35,963 bases of DNA from a virus (Duplodnaviria > Caudoviricetes). The notes beneath the pieces are model-generated. The model was not told the origin of the DNA. It did not search any database and saw nothing but the letters and a program-made list of their open reading frames with translations. This document shows, piece after piece, positions 24,638 to 32,947 of the stretch; positions within the stretch are counted from its first letter, which is position 1, and each line of letters begins with the position of its first letter. The translations under genes and the position numbers were made by a program. The stretch is taken from IMG/VR virus record IMGVR_UViG_3300037183_000064, positions 1-35,963 of that record. One strand, 5' to 3'.

Positions 24638-25906
24638 TCAGGAAACCTTGATCCGAAGGCAGGCCGGGTGATTGCTCACCCGCAAACCGGCCTGCTGGAA
24701 GAGACGCAGCTCCCAGGCGGCAGCGTTCGAGACGCGGCCCATCTTGTTGCCGTCGCCGAAGTTGTCGATCATGGGCGCCTCGCCGATCGAGGTGAACACC
24801 ACGTTCGCCGGGTCGAAGCCCCACACCTTGCGGTTGTTGGTGAGCTTCGAGACGTTGAGGTAGGCGTCGCAGGTGCCATCGCTGTAGAAGTGCACCCGCT
24901 TAGCATTGCCGACCACGCGCTCCTTGGTGTCGCCGTCGTAGCGAACCGAGTTCTGCATGTCGAGCGCGAAGCCCGCGAAGTTGGCCCGCGAGCAGAACAG
25001 CTCCAGGTGCGTCGCCCCGCCGATGGTGCTGGCCTCCTGCACTCCGTTGATGATGTTGCCGAGCAGCGAGCCGCCCGCGGACCCATCGAAGTAGGTCCCG
25101 TAGAGGCGGCTGTTGTTCGAGCGGTTCACGCCGCCCAGTGTGATGATGGTGGCGTCGGACGGCGGCGAGGCGCGGTCGGGGATGTGCGCGTCCATGCCGA
25201 CCCATGACAGGCGCGCCGGGGAGCCCGCGTTCTGACGGCAACCGGCGATGAACATGAAGTCGCCCGCGACCGCGGAGACGCCCGCCAGCGAGCCGTCTAG
25301 AGTGACGAGGCCGGTGGAGTAGTCGACGCCCAGTACGGTGCGCACGGTGGCCGAGCGCAGCGCCGAGACGTTGAGGTCAGCCGCGAAGACGACCGGCATG
25401 CCCTGGACCACCTTGGGAGCGTCCGAGACGTCACCAGCGATGCCGTTGAACACGGTGAACGTGTTGCCCGACGGCGCGGTGATCTGGCAGACCTCGCCCC
25501 AGCCCTGGCCCTGGAAGAACACACCGTTGAGGTGCGCCATGGCCGCGAGCTTCTTTTTCATCGCGACGGTGATCGCCGACTGCCACGCGCTGTCGTTGTT
25601 GCGCGTCTTGTTGATGGTCGGCGTGGACAGCTGCGCGACTTCGTAGCCGGGCACCCACGGGAACTGGAACTGCGAGCCGATGGTGTTCGATTGGTTGATC
25701 GCCTGGTTCTGCGACGTCGGGAAGTCCACCGACGCGCCGAACAGGTCATCATCGTCTTCCAGGAACGTCAGGAAGTCGCCGCCGCCGTCGGTCTTGCGGG
25801 TCACCGCCTTGAAGGCGGAATCCATGTGCGAGGTGAACGAGTTGTCGATGTATTTCGGGATGAACTTCCGCTTTACGTAAGCGGCAAACGCGGTTTCGGT
25901 CAGCAT
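24638..25906 (-). CDS. Major capsid protein
   Basis: 422 aa directly after the scaffold and portal; size, position and C-terminal strand pattern fit an HK97-fold MCP. Confidence 0.8.
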   Translation of the reverse strand: MLTETAFAAYVKRKFIPKYIDNSFTSHMDSAFKAVTRKTDGGGDFLTFLEDDDDLFGASVDFPTSQNQAINQSNTIGSQFQFPWVPGYEVAQLSTPTINKTRNNDSAWQSAITVAMKKKLAAMAHLNGVFFQGQGWGEVCQITAPSGNTFTVFNGIAGDVSDAPKVVQGMPVVFAADLNVSALRSATVRTVLGVDYSTGLVTLDGSLAGVSAVAGDFMFIAGCRQNAGSPARLSWVGMDAHIPDRASPPSDATIITLGGVNRSNNSRLYGTYFDGSAGGSLLGNIINGVQEASTIGGATHLELFCSRANFAGFALDMQNSVRYDGDTKERVVGNAKRVHFYSDGTCDAYLNVSKLTNNRKVWGFDPANVVFTSIGEAPMIDNFGDGNKMGRVSNAAAWELRLFQQAGLRVSNHPACLRIKVS

Positions 25907-25919
25907 TGGAGAAAGCCCT

Positions 25920-26942
25920 CTAGATCAAGCCCTCGGCTCGCATCTCTGCGTTGATCCGACGGTCCAACTCTTCTTCCGTCTCGGCGCGATTCGTCCGGGT
26001 GACCGGAGCTGCCGACGTGGAGCGGTTGGTGATGGTTTTGCCCTTGTTCACCGCGTGGACGGGCTTGCCCGCGGGAGTGGTGCCCTTTTGCGCCGGGCGA
26101 GCGAACTTTTTGGACTTGGTGACCGATGCTTCGAGGCGCTGCTCCAGCAGATCGGCCATTTCGAACACCTTGTCGTCGGGGCAGCGACCGTGCTTGCCGT
26201 AGTACGCGGTGATCGCGTCCCACAGTTGCGGTCGGCCCAGGTCGGTCAGCACGAGGTCGAAGCGCTCATCCTTCTCGAGCGCGGTGAACACGCGCGCCTG
26301 CGACTCAGCGGCGCTCTGCTCGGCGTCGCGCGCCTTCTCGGCGGCTTCCTTGTCGTCGAGGCGCTTCTCGAGCGCGGCGACGACCGGGTCAACCTTCGGC
26401 GGCTCGGCGGGCGCGGCATTGCCGGCGTCGACAACCTTCTGCGCCAGCTCCTTGAACGTGAGCGCCTGCCAGCCCGGGACGCGGCGCAGTGCCGCCATCG
26501 GATTGGACTGCAGCTGATCGACGAAGCCCTGGTACGTCCCGATCTGCGCGGTGAGCTGCTGGTTCTGCTGGCGCACCTCGCCGGTGGCGCGCTCGGCCTT
26601 GCGGGCGGCGGCCATCGTCTTGTTGCTGTACTTCTGCGCGACCTTGCGGAGCTGGTCCTCGGTGAGCTTCGTGGTCAGCTCGTCGACCGTCAGATCCTTG
26701 AGCGCCTTCTCGACCTCGGGCGGCTTCTTGCCGTCGGGCTTCTCGTCGCCTTCGGCGTCGGCGTCAGACTCGCTGCCGTCGTCGCCCGATTCGGCGGCGG
26801 CAGCAGCGGCAGCGGCGGCATCGTTCGCGGCGTCGTCGATGGGCTCGGGAGCCTCGGCCTCGATGGGCTCGTCCGTGCCTTCGGTGGCGCGGTCGGCGGC
26901 ATCGTTCCCGGCGTCGGTGGTCGCGGCTGCAGCGGTTGCCAT
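25920..26942 (-). CDS. Capsid scaffolding protein
   Basis: Acidic disordered N-terminus, coiled coil and basic C-terminus; between portal and MCP. Confidence 0.75.
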   Translation of the reverse strand: MATAAAATTDAGNDAADRATEGTDEPIEAEAPEPIDDAANDAAAAAAAAAESGDDGSESDADAEGDEKPDGKKPPEVEKALKDLTVDELTTKLTEDQLRKVAQKYSNKTMAAARKAERATGEVRQQNQQLTAQIGTYQGFVDQLQSNPMAALRRVPGWQALTFKELAQKVVDAGNAAPAEPPKVDPVVAALEKRLDDKEAAEKARDAEQSAAESQARVFTALEKDERFDLVLTDLGRPQLWDAITAYYGKHGRCPDDKVFEMADLLEQRLEASVTKSKKFARPAQKGTTPAGKPVHAVNKGKTITNRSTSAAPVTRTNRAETEEELDRRINAEMRAEGLI

Positions 26943-26959
26943 CCACCCCTAGCCGGGGC

Positions 26960-26969
26960 GGCGTCGCGG
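26960..26969 (-). promoter_or_regulatory. Conserved upstream motif CCGCGACGCC, 17 nt before scaffold ATG 26942
   Basis: One of five identical intergenic copies. Confidence 0.65.
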
Positions 26970-26970
26970 C

Positions 26971-28878
26971 CTACGGTGCGGGAGGCTCGGCGGGCGGCGG
27001 AGTGGCAACGTTGCCACCGGGCGCAGGAGCTGCCGGAGCGGCCGGCGCGGCGGCGGAGTTGAGCCGGTTCACCTGGCGCAGATAGCGGCGCAGCTTCTCG
27101 ATGTCCTTCTGCGGCACGCCGTCTTCCTCGGCCTGGTTGAGCCACTGCAAGCCCAGCTTCATCGCCATCTTGTAGTCGGTGAACTCGTCGGGCGGCATGA
27201 GCGGCGCGCCTTCGTACAGCGCCTCATCGAACTTGCGGTCGAAGTTGCGTTTCTTGCTCACCAGGTTGTTGGTGCGACCCGAGGCGTCCAGGTCCTGCAT
27301 GTACTCGGCGAGGTCTTCGGGCTCCCACAGGCCAATGTCGAGCTGCTGCTGGCCGTACGCCTGCAGTCCCGCTGGATCGGTGGGCACGGGAGACGCCGGC
27401 TTGACGGTGAGCTTGTAATTCTCTTCATCGATCGCGACCTTGTTGAAGTCGAGGCGCGAGAGGCCGTTCTTCGTCTTCGCATCGACGGTGTACGACACCT
27501 CGGGCTTCGCCTTCGCCTTGCGCTTGCTGCCTTTCTTCGGCTCGTCGTCCTCTTCCTCTTCGGGATCGTTGACGATGTCGCGCACGATCGAGATGGCGAC
27601 GCGCAGCAGGGCCAGGTGGAGGTCTTCGTAGCGCTGTTGGCGCAGGCTGTTGCGCCGATCGAGCTTGACCGTCTCCTCGCGCAGCGCAGCGCCGCTGGAA
27701 TCGAGGCCCAAGTCGCTCTGGCCGTTCGACGACGAGAGGTTGACGCCAAGATCCTCGAAGATGCGCTGCCCGTCGCGTTCGATCTGTGTGTAGAGCTCGG
27801 GCGACGCGCAGGTGAACTTGATCTGCTGGGGCGGAACGTCGCCGTTGCCCTCCCAGACGGTGCCCAGCTCGTTCGACCAGGTGGCCTTCTTCATGCCGGC
27901 CTGGCGATTCGCGTACAGGTGCTGCGCGTGGAAGACCTTGGTCGACTTCTCGACGCGGTAGTCGTTCGCGTTGATGCGGATCTGGAGGTCCCGCGCCTGC
28001 GTCATGAGGCTGTTACCCCACACGCCGGTGAAGCGCTCCTCGATCGAGAAGAACACCAGCTCGTGGAAGTCCTTCTCGTACTCCTCGACCACCAGATCGC
28101 CATCGGCGACGTCCACCGCGACGATGTGCCAGCCATCGCCGGCGCCGGGCGATGTGGGCAGCGTCCAGCTCTCGAATACCAGGATCTGGTCGATGGGCGT
28201 CCCGCCGGTAGGGATGGCGCGCGCGGCTTCGATCGCAGTCCTCTTCGCCTCGGTGTCTCCGAAGCCGGCCAGCACATTGGCGCGCGGCACCGGGCGCTCG
28301 CGATGGATGGTCCGCGGCACGCCGTCGACGAAGCCATCCGACGGGTCGATCGCCAGCTCGGTCGGCAGCACGCGCTGGACCGCGCACCGACTGCCGTTCC
28401 GGTAGAGCTGGGCGATGCCGACGCCGCTCTCGAAGACGGCGCTGTCCATGAACATGCGTCGCTTCACCTCGGACAGCTTCAGGTCGTCGGCTATGCCGTC
28501 CGAGAAGTCCTGTAACTGGCGCGCGCGGCGGCGCACCCGGTAGTCGCCGTTGACCACCTCGAAGCGCCCGCGCGTGTCGGTGCTCGCCACCTGGGACGCC
28601 AGCGTGTCGATCGCAGCCTTCGCGCGGTTGTTCTTGCTGTTCTCGGTGGGCGGCACCGCGGCGCGCCCCTCGCCAACGAAGTTCTCGCTGAACAGGTCGT
28701 AGAGCAACAGGTCGTTGTTCTTCGAGTAGAGCCGCAGGTTGAACAGGTCGTAATCGCGCCGGTCGCGCTCGCTGGATAGGCCGCTGATCAGCTTCTTGGT
28801 GGCGATCATGCGCCGCGCGCGCTCAGCGGGCTCGATGTCCTCTTCCCAGAGCGCAAGGGACTGGGTTTCCTCAGCCAC
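26971..28878 (-). CDS. Portal protein
   Basis: 635 aa downstream of terminase; portal-like segments (NRAKAAIDTL, DSAVFESG, RFTGVWGNSLM, SSGAALRE). Confidence 0.8.
   Translation of the reverse strand: MAEETQSLALWEEDIEPAERARRMIATKKLISGLSSERDRRDYDLFNLRLYSKNNDLLLYDLFSENFVGEGRAAVPPTENSKNNRAKAAIDTLASQVASTDTRGRFEVVNGDYRVRRRARQLQDFSDGIADDLKLSEVKRRMFMDSAVFESGVGIAQLYRNGSRCAVQRVLPTELAIDPSDGFVDGVPRTIHRERPVPRANVLAGFGDTEAKRTAIEAARAIPTGGTPIDQILVFESWTLPTSPGAGDGWHIVAVDVADGDLVVEEYEKDFHELVFFSIEERFTGVWGNSLMTQARDLQIRINANDYRVEKSTKVFHAQHLYANRQAGMKKATWSNELGTVWEGNGDVPPQQIKFTCASPELYTQIERDGQRIFEDLGVNLSSSNGQSDLGLDSSGAALREETVKLDRRNSLRQQRYEDLHLALLRVAISIVRDIVNDPEEEEDDEPKKGSKRKAKAKPEVSYTVDAKTKNGLSRLDFNKVAIDEENYKLTVKPASPVPTDPAGLQAYGQQQLDIGLWEPEDLAEYMQDLDASGRTNNLVSKKRNFDRKFDEALYEGAPLMPPDEFTDYKMAMKLGLQWLNQAEEDGVPQKDIEKLRRYLRQVNRLNSAAAPAAPAAPAPGGNVATPPPAEPPAP
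27002..27017. promoter_or_regulatory. Palindrome GTGGCAACGTTGCCAC (type 2 site, copy 3)
   Basis: Perfect 16-bp palindrome at the 3' end of the portal gene, upstream of the scaffold motif. Confidence 0.55.
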
Positions 28879-29103
28879 TTACTTGCCCTTCGCCAGCTGG
28901 CGGCGCCGCGCGATCGGGTCGAAGGCGCCCGGCGGCAGCTCTTCTTCGGCTGGCTCGGTGCCATCGTCGGGCGGCTCGTTCGCGTTTCCCACGGGCGGCC
29001 CGAAGGTCACCGCCTCGAGCTCGCCGCTCGCGTGGAACCGAGCCGCGGACGCGCCCATGTCCCGCAGCACGGCGAGAATGTCGGCGAGGCGGGACGGCTC
29101 CAT
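28879..29103 (-). CDS. Hypothetical protein (74 aa) upstream of the portal
   Basis: ATG follows the late motif; abuts the portal start. Confidence 0.7.
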   Translation of the reverse strand: MEPSRLADILAVLRDMGASAARFHASGELEAVTFGPPVGNANEPPDDGTEPAEEELPPGAFDPIARRRQLAKGK

Positions 29104-29119
29104 CCACCCATGGCTACTC

Positions 29120-29168
29120 GGCGTCGCGGACGATGGTTATGACGCAGCGCAGGTGCAAACGTTTGCAC
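29120..29168 (-). promoter_or_regulatory. Palindrome GTGCAAACGTTTGCAC (29153-29168) with CCGCGACGCC (29129-29120) 24 nt downstream of its 14-bp core
   Basis: Intergenic between terL and the portal operon; same geometry as 17809-17856. Confidence 0.75.
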
Positions 29169-29202
29169 TTTTGACGCCCTGCATTTCAACGACTGCGCGT
29201 AC

Positions 29203-30777
29203 TTACCAATTCACGTCGCTGTTGACGTCGTCTTCGAACTCGGACGCCTCGTACTCGTGATGATTGGTCCCGGCACGCTGCTCGCGGGCCAGTTCTTCGG
29301 CGCGGCGGACGGCTTCGAGGTACTTGCGCTGCTCCTCGTCCATCTGCGGGATGGCGGTGTCCCAGTACGGCGCCAGCGAGTAGCGCGCGGACTCGGCCGG
29401 GTCGGGGTGCCAGGCGCGGGACCACTCGCGTACGCCCTTGGCGAGCAGGTCCTTGTCCCACGCGGCCTTGAGGAAGTCTTCCTCGACGGCGCCGCCGATC
29501 ATGACGTCGTATCTGGCCTCCTCCAACAGGTCGTTCACGCGGCGCACCTGCCCGTCGCGGTCCACCTTCTTCGCTGCCTTGATGGCCTTGATGGCGTAGT
29601 CGATGGCCCAGGTGTCGATCTCCAGCGCGCCCGGCGCGTCCCAGAACCACCAGAGCGGCGAATAGAAGCGCTGGACGATGCGGGCCACGTAGCCGATGTG
29701 TGAGAGCTTCGCGATCGAGTTGCGCGGCGTTGACCACTCGAATAGCTCTTGTACCTTGCGCGAGTCGGTGCCCCAGCCGTTCGCCACCAGCGACGTCCGA
29801 TCGCGCCCGCCCGGGTCGATAGCGGCGCTCACGTAGATCACGCCGGCCCGAGGCTTGGCCGCCAGCAGCGACGCGATAGGCACGCCGAGCGCCTCAAGCG
29901 TGACGCGCTCCTGCTCCAGCCACGCGGGCACCTCTGGTGTGTAGCCGTTGCGCACACGGCTGTAGTGGTAGCCGGTGGTGGTGGTGCCCCAGACGCGCTT
30001 GACGCCCTTCCAGTCGCGCATCAGCTGAGGGTGGTTGGCGCCCTTCTCGGCTTCGAGCTGCTCCAGGCGCGCAGCGGCCTCGGGCGTGTGCACGTTGTCG
30101 AGCCGACCCCAGCTGTGGTGGCTCCATTTCGCCGACGCGGGCACGCCGCCAGTGGCTGAGGCTTCGTCGCTGGTCGCCAGATCGAGGAACAGGCCGAAGG
30201 GCAGATCAGGCAGCACGCCACTGAGGATGACCCGCGTCGTCGGCGTGCACATCGGGTCCAGCAGGACCTCAAGGATATACGTGAGCACCGCCGTGCTCTG
30301 GTCTTGGCACTCGTCAATGATGAACACGCAGCCGTCCAGGCGGTTGCCGAGGTACTTGCGGACGTTCTTGAGGTCGTCCGTTCCCCCGAAGGCGACGATT
30401 GCGCCGTTCGGAAACGTGGTCATCTTCTCGTCGGCGCGATCGCGGCGGACGATGCCGAACTTGTCGAGCAGCTGCTGCCATTTCGGCCAGACGCTGAGCG
30501 TAAGGCCGGTGCTCACGAGCCCCAGGAACACGTTGACGCTGTTGGGGACCTTCAGCGCGTTGTCGAGCAGGATGCCGAGGTCAGCCCAGGTCTTGCCGCT
30601 CTGCCGGTCGCACAGGAAGTGCAGCCAGTTCGAGCGGTCCACCATCGCCGCCAGCTGATGGGTGTGGCCGGCGGCGAACGCCTCCAGCGACCACGCGCCG
30701 ACGCGCCCCTCGGCGGACACCTGTTGCCGGCGCTTCTTCTCGCGCTCGACGCGCTTGAGCAGCTTGGCCGGCGTCAT
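29203..30777 (-). CDS. terL: Terminase large subunit
   Basis: Walker A-like DRQSGKT, Walker B FIIDECQD, nuclease AIDPGG and HPDPAESARY. Confidence 0.9.
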   Translation of the reverse strand: MTPAKLLKRVEREKKRRQQVSAEGRVGAWSLEAFAAGHTHQLAAMVDRSNWLHFLCDRQSGKTWADLGILLDNALKVPNSVNVFLGLVSTGLTLSVWPKWQQLLDKFGIVRRDRADEKMTTFPNGAIVAFGGTDDLKNVRKYLGNRLDGCVFIIDECQDQSTAVLTYILEVLLDPMCTPTTRVILSGVLPDLPFGLFLDLATSDEASATGGVPASAKWSHHSWGRLDNVHTPEAAARLEQLEAEKGANHPQLMRDWKGVKRVWGTTTTGYHYSRVRNGYTPEVPAWLEQERVTLEALGVPIASLLAAKPRAGVIYVSAAIDPGGRDRTSLVANGWGTDSRKVQELFEWSTPRNSIAKLSHIGYVARIVQRFYSPLWWFWDAPGALEIDTWAIDYAIKAIKAAKKVDRDGQVRRVNDLLEEARYDVMIGGAVEEDFLKAAWDKDLLAKGVREWSRAWHPDPAESARYSLAPYWDTAIPQMDEEQRKYLEAVRRAEELAREQRAGTNHHEYEASEFEDDVNSDVNW

Positions 30778-30781
30778 GCCC

Positions 30782-31147
30782 CTACTGCTTCAGGTTTTCA
30801 GTCAACCAAGCCAGCGCCGCATCGGGCGCGGTCGTAAGGTCGATTTCCAGCTCCTTGACCGGTCCCAAGACGCGCTCCAGGTAGAGCCGCATGAAGTCGG
30901 GGATCGCCTTGAGCTGCACGACGATGGTCCCGTCCTTGTGCTGCACCTCGATCGTCTCGCCCATGGCCAGCACGCGCAACCTGGCGAAGACCTGGCGCAT
31001 ATTCTCGGGCGTGCGGTGCTCGGCGTCCAGCATCGCCTCAATATCGCGCAGTCTCTTCGGCTTGCCGCCGGGGTTGCCGCTCACGCCCGGCTTGAACGGC
31101 CGGCCCACCACGCGGCGCTCAGTCTTGCTGCTCTCAGGGGCGCGCAT
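30782..31147 (-). CDS. terS: Terminase small subunit (DUF5681-type N-terminus)
   Basis: GRPFKPGVSGNPGGKPK motif directly upstream of terL. Confidence 0.75.
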   Translation of the reverse strand: MRAPESSKTERRVVGRPFKPGVSGNPGGKPKRLRDIEAMLDAEHRTPENMRQVFARLRVLAMGETIEVQHKDGTIVVQLKAIPDFMRLYLERVLGPVKELEIDLTTAPDAALAWLTENLKQ

Positions 31148-31367
31148 GGCCCACCTGAATCTTCCGCGGCCACTGCCGCCAGCCCATCCATTCCGCGTAC
31201 GACATAGCCGTGAACTCGGGCGACACGTAGGCGAACACCTCGCCGCTCACCCGTTCACTCACCGTGCCGCTCGCCTCGTTGATGGTGAGCTTGCACGCCA
31301 GGGCCGGGTGATGCCCAAGCACGGTGGTGGCGGCGCGACGCAAGTCCTCGCGGTAGTTAGAGGTCAC
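31134..31367 (-). CDS. Hypothetical protein
   Basis: 77-aa ORF, GTGA-coupled. Confidence 0.55.
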   Translation of the reverse strand: MTSNYREDLRRAATTVLGHHPALACKLTINEASGTVSERVSGEVFAYVSPEFTAMSYAEWMGWRQWPRKIQVGHARP

Positions 31368-31585
31368 TTCTCCACCTCGGGCGCCGGCACCTTGCGGTAC
31401 GCGCTGGCGATGTCGTGCCAGGGCACGGTCACGATCTCTTCGCCCCAGCGCACATCGATGCCCCCGGCGTGCGGGTAGCCCTCGACGTCCTTGAGGCCGG
31501 TGGTGCCGTCGGCGTTCGATGGTGAGCCCACGAATCGAACGCGGCGAACGTTGATGAGTCGGTAGCGAAGGGGCGGAGTCTTCAT
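31364..31585 (-). CDS. Hypothetical protein (MKTPPLRYRL...)
   Basis: ATGA-coupled start at 31585. Confidence 0.6.
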   Translation of the reverse strand: MKTPPLRYRLINVRRVRFVGSPSNADGTTGLKDVEGYPHAGGIDVRWGEEIVTVPWHDIASAYRKVPAPEVEK

Positions 31586-31827
31586 GCCGGCACGTCCCCT
31601 TCCTTGGCCGTCGGTGGCAGAACGACCACGCTCAGTGCCTTGGCTGCCTCGCCTATCGCCTGCTTTGCCCAGCGCCAGGAGTCGACCGCTTCTTGCGTGA
31701 TCGCTCCGTCCTGCGCGATGCCGAGCAGCCCCTTGTATTCGTCCGCGGTCATCTCCACGATGACGTCCTCGCCGACGCCTCGGTAATAACTCGCCTGGTC
31801 GACCATCTTGCGTCCCAGAAGCTTCAT
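31582..31827 (-). CDS. Hypothetical protein
   Basis: 81-aa ORF, ATGA-coupled, AAGGG SD. Confidence 0.6.
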   Translation of the reverse strand: MKLLGRKMVDQASYYRGVGEDVIVEMTADEYKGLLGIAQDGAITQEAVDSWRWAKQAIGEAAKALSVVVLPPTAKEGDVPA

Positions 31828-32342
31828 GTCGTTCCCTTTCGCTGAAGTTGTCTCGCGAGCGTCGCGCGCTCATCTGCGGTGAACCGTCTTGCCGGTGGCG
31901 TCACGGCTTCCACTGGTCGCCTACCTGGCGCCACGGCTCGGCGGGTCCAGGGGTTCGGCGGCCCGGGGTATTGCGCGATGACCGCGGCGAAGATGCGCTG
32001 GAGGCAGCGACGTGAGCCCGGGCGCCCCTCCGAGCACCACCGCTTGGTGTCGCTCGATCGCATGCGCCGCGCCGCGGTCCCGGCTATGAGCCGCGGTATC
32101 TTGCGGGTGCTCACCCCTTCGGCGTAGAGCTGCCACGCCCGGCGCTGGTGGTCGTTTGGCCACCGATGCTGGCGCAGCACGCGCATCGCCCAGGCCTGCC
32201 ACTCTTCGACGGCGCGCGTGAACGCGTGAATCTCGACGGCTGTCATGCTGCGGAACTTGCTGCTGAGCGCCGTCTTGTCGCCGACCACGCCCAGGCCGTC
32301 GGCGTCGAGCTTCGCTTCCCACTCCAGCAGGACCGGCGTCAC
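31824..32342 (-). CDS. Putative transcription regulator with sigma region 4-like HTH
   Basis: HQRRAWQLYAEGVSTRKI segment; GTG 32342 lies 7 nt after a -10 element. Confidence 0.5.
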   Translation of the reverse strand: MTPVLLEWEAKLDADGLGVVGDKTALSSKFRSMTAVEIHAFTRAVEEWQAWAMRVLRQHRWPNDHQRRAWQLYAEGVSTRKIPRLIAGTAARRMRSSDTKRWCSEGRPGSRRCLQRIFAAVIAQYPGPPNPWTRRAVAPGRRPVEAVTPPARRFTADERATLARQLQRKGTT

Positions 32343-32344
32343 GG

Positions 32345-32420
32345 CTATGACCATATGTGACCATCGACATATCGTCAAGTATCGTTACATAGGGCCACGT
32401 ATGGCAACGTATGGTCACGA
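32345..32420 (-). promoter_or_regulatory. Promoter TTGACG-N17-TATGGT-N7-GTG overlapped by an array of 10-bp repeats
   Basis: -35 at 32378-32373, -10 at 32355-32350; five direct and two inverted ATGGTCACGT-like units. Confidence 0.7.
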
Positions 32421-32492
32421 TAGGCGCACCGGTGGCTAGTTCCGGTCTGGGTCCGCTTCGCGACGGACACGGACGGAGCTTCTGGGGCAGGG

Positions 32493-32771
32493 CTATTCAG
32501 TTACGGTCGAAACAGGAGAGTGCGGTTTCGTCTCATCATCGGCCCGCGCCACATTAAGGCTCCCATGAGCCATCGCCGCCACCGTTGGCGTTGTGTCGGG
32601 TCGAGCACAGTTTGCCCCCACGGGCTGCTGGGTCGTGCTGCTCTCCTGCTTCGAATCTTTGGCGAGCTGGATGCGGCGGATCGCGGCGTGCAGCCGCCCC
32701 TCACGCTGCGCACGTGCTCTAGCCGTGGTGGTCTGCGGCTGTCCGGTGTAGTTGATGCCGGGCAGGCTCAT
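32493..32771 (-). CDS. Hypothetical protein (MSLPGINYTG...)
   Basis: ATGA-coupled start. Confidence 0.45.
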   Translation of the reverse strand: MSLPGINYTGQPQTTTARARAQREGRLHAAIRRIQLAKDSKQESSTTQQPVGANCARPDTTPTVAAMAHGSLNVARADDETKPHSPVSTVTE

Positions 32772-32947
32772 TGCGGCGCCTTCGTCCTGCGCCAGCCCAT
32801 CTCTCGGCACACGCGTTCCATGCGCTGGTCGTCGCTCTCAGCCGGAGCGCGCTGCCCCTGGTGCTCGGTGCAGCGGTTGGTGTCGCTGGCTCCTGCCGTG
32901 ATGACGATTAGCACGTGACAGGCGGGGAAGCCGCAGCGGCGGATCAA
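32768..32947 (-). CDS. Small zinc-finger protein (59 aa)
   Basis: CGFPAC...RCTEH; TTGA-coupled start. Confidence 0.55.
   Translation of the reverse strand: MIRRCGFPACHVLIVITAGASDTNRCTEHQGQRAPAESDDQRMERVCREMGWRRTKAPQ

Noticed and set aside
32441-32477. Imperfect GC hairpin as an intrinsic terminator of the helicase operon
   Set aside because: Bulged stem and no U-tract on the minus strand
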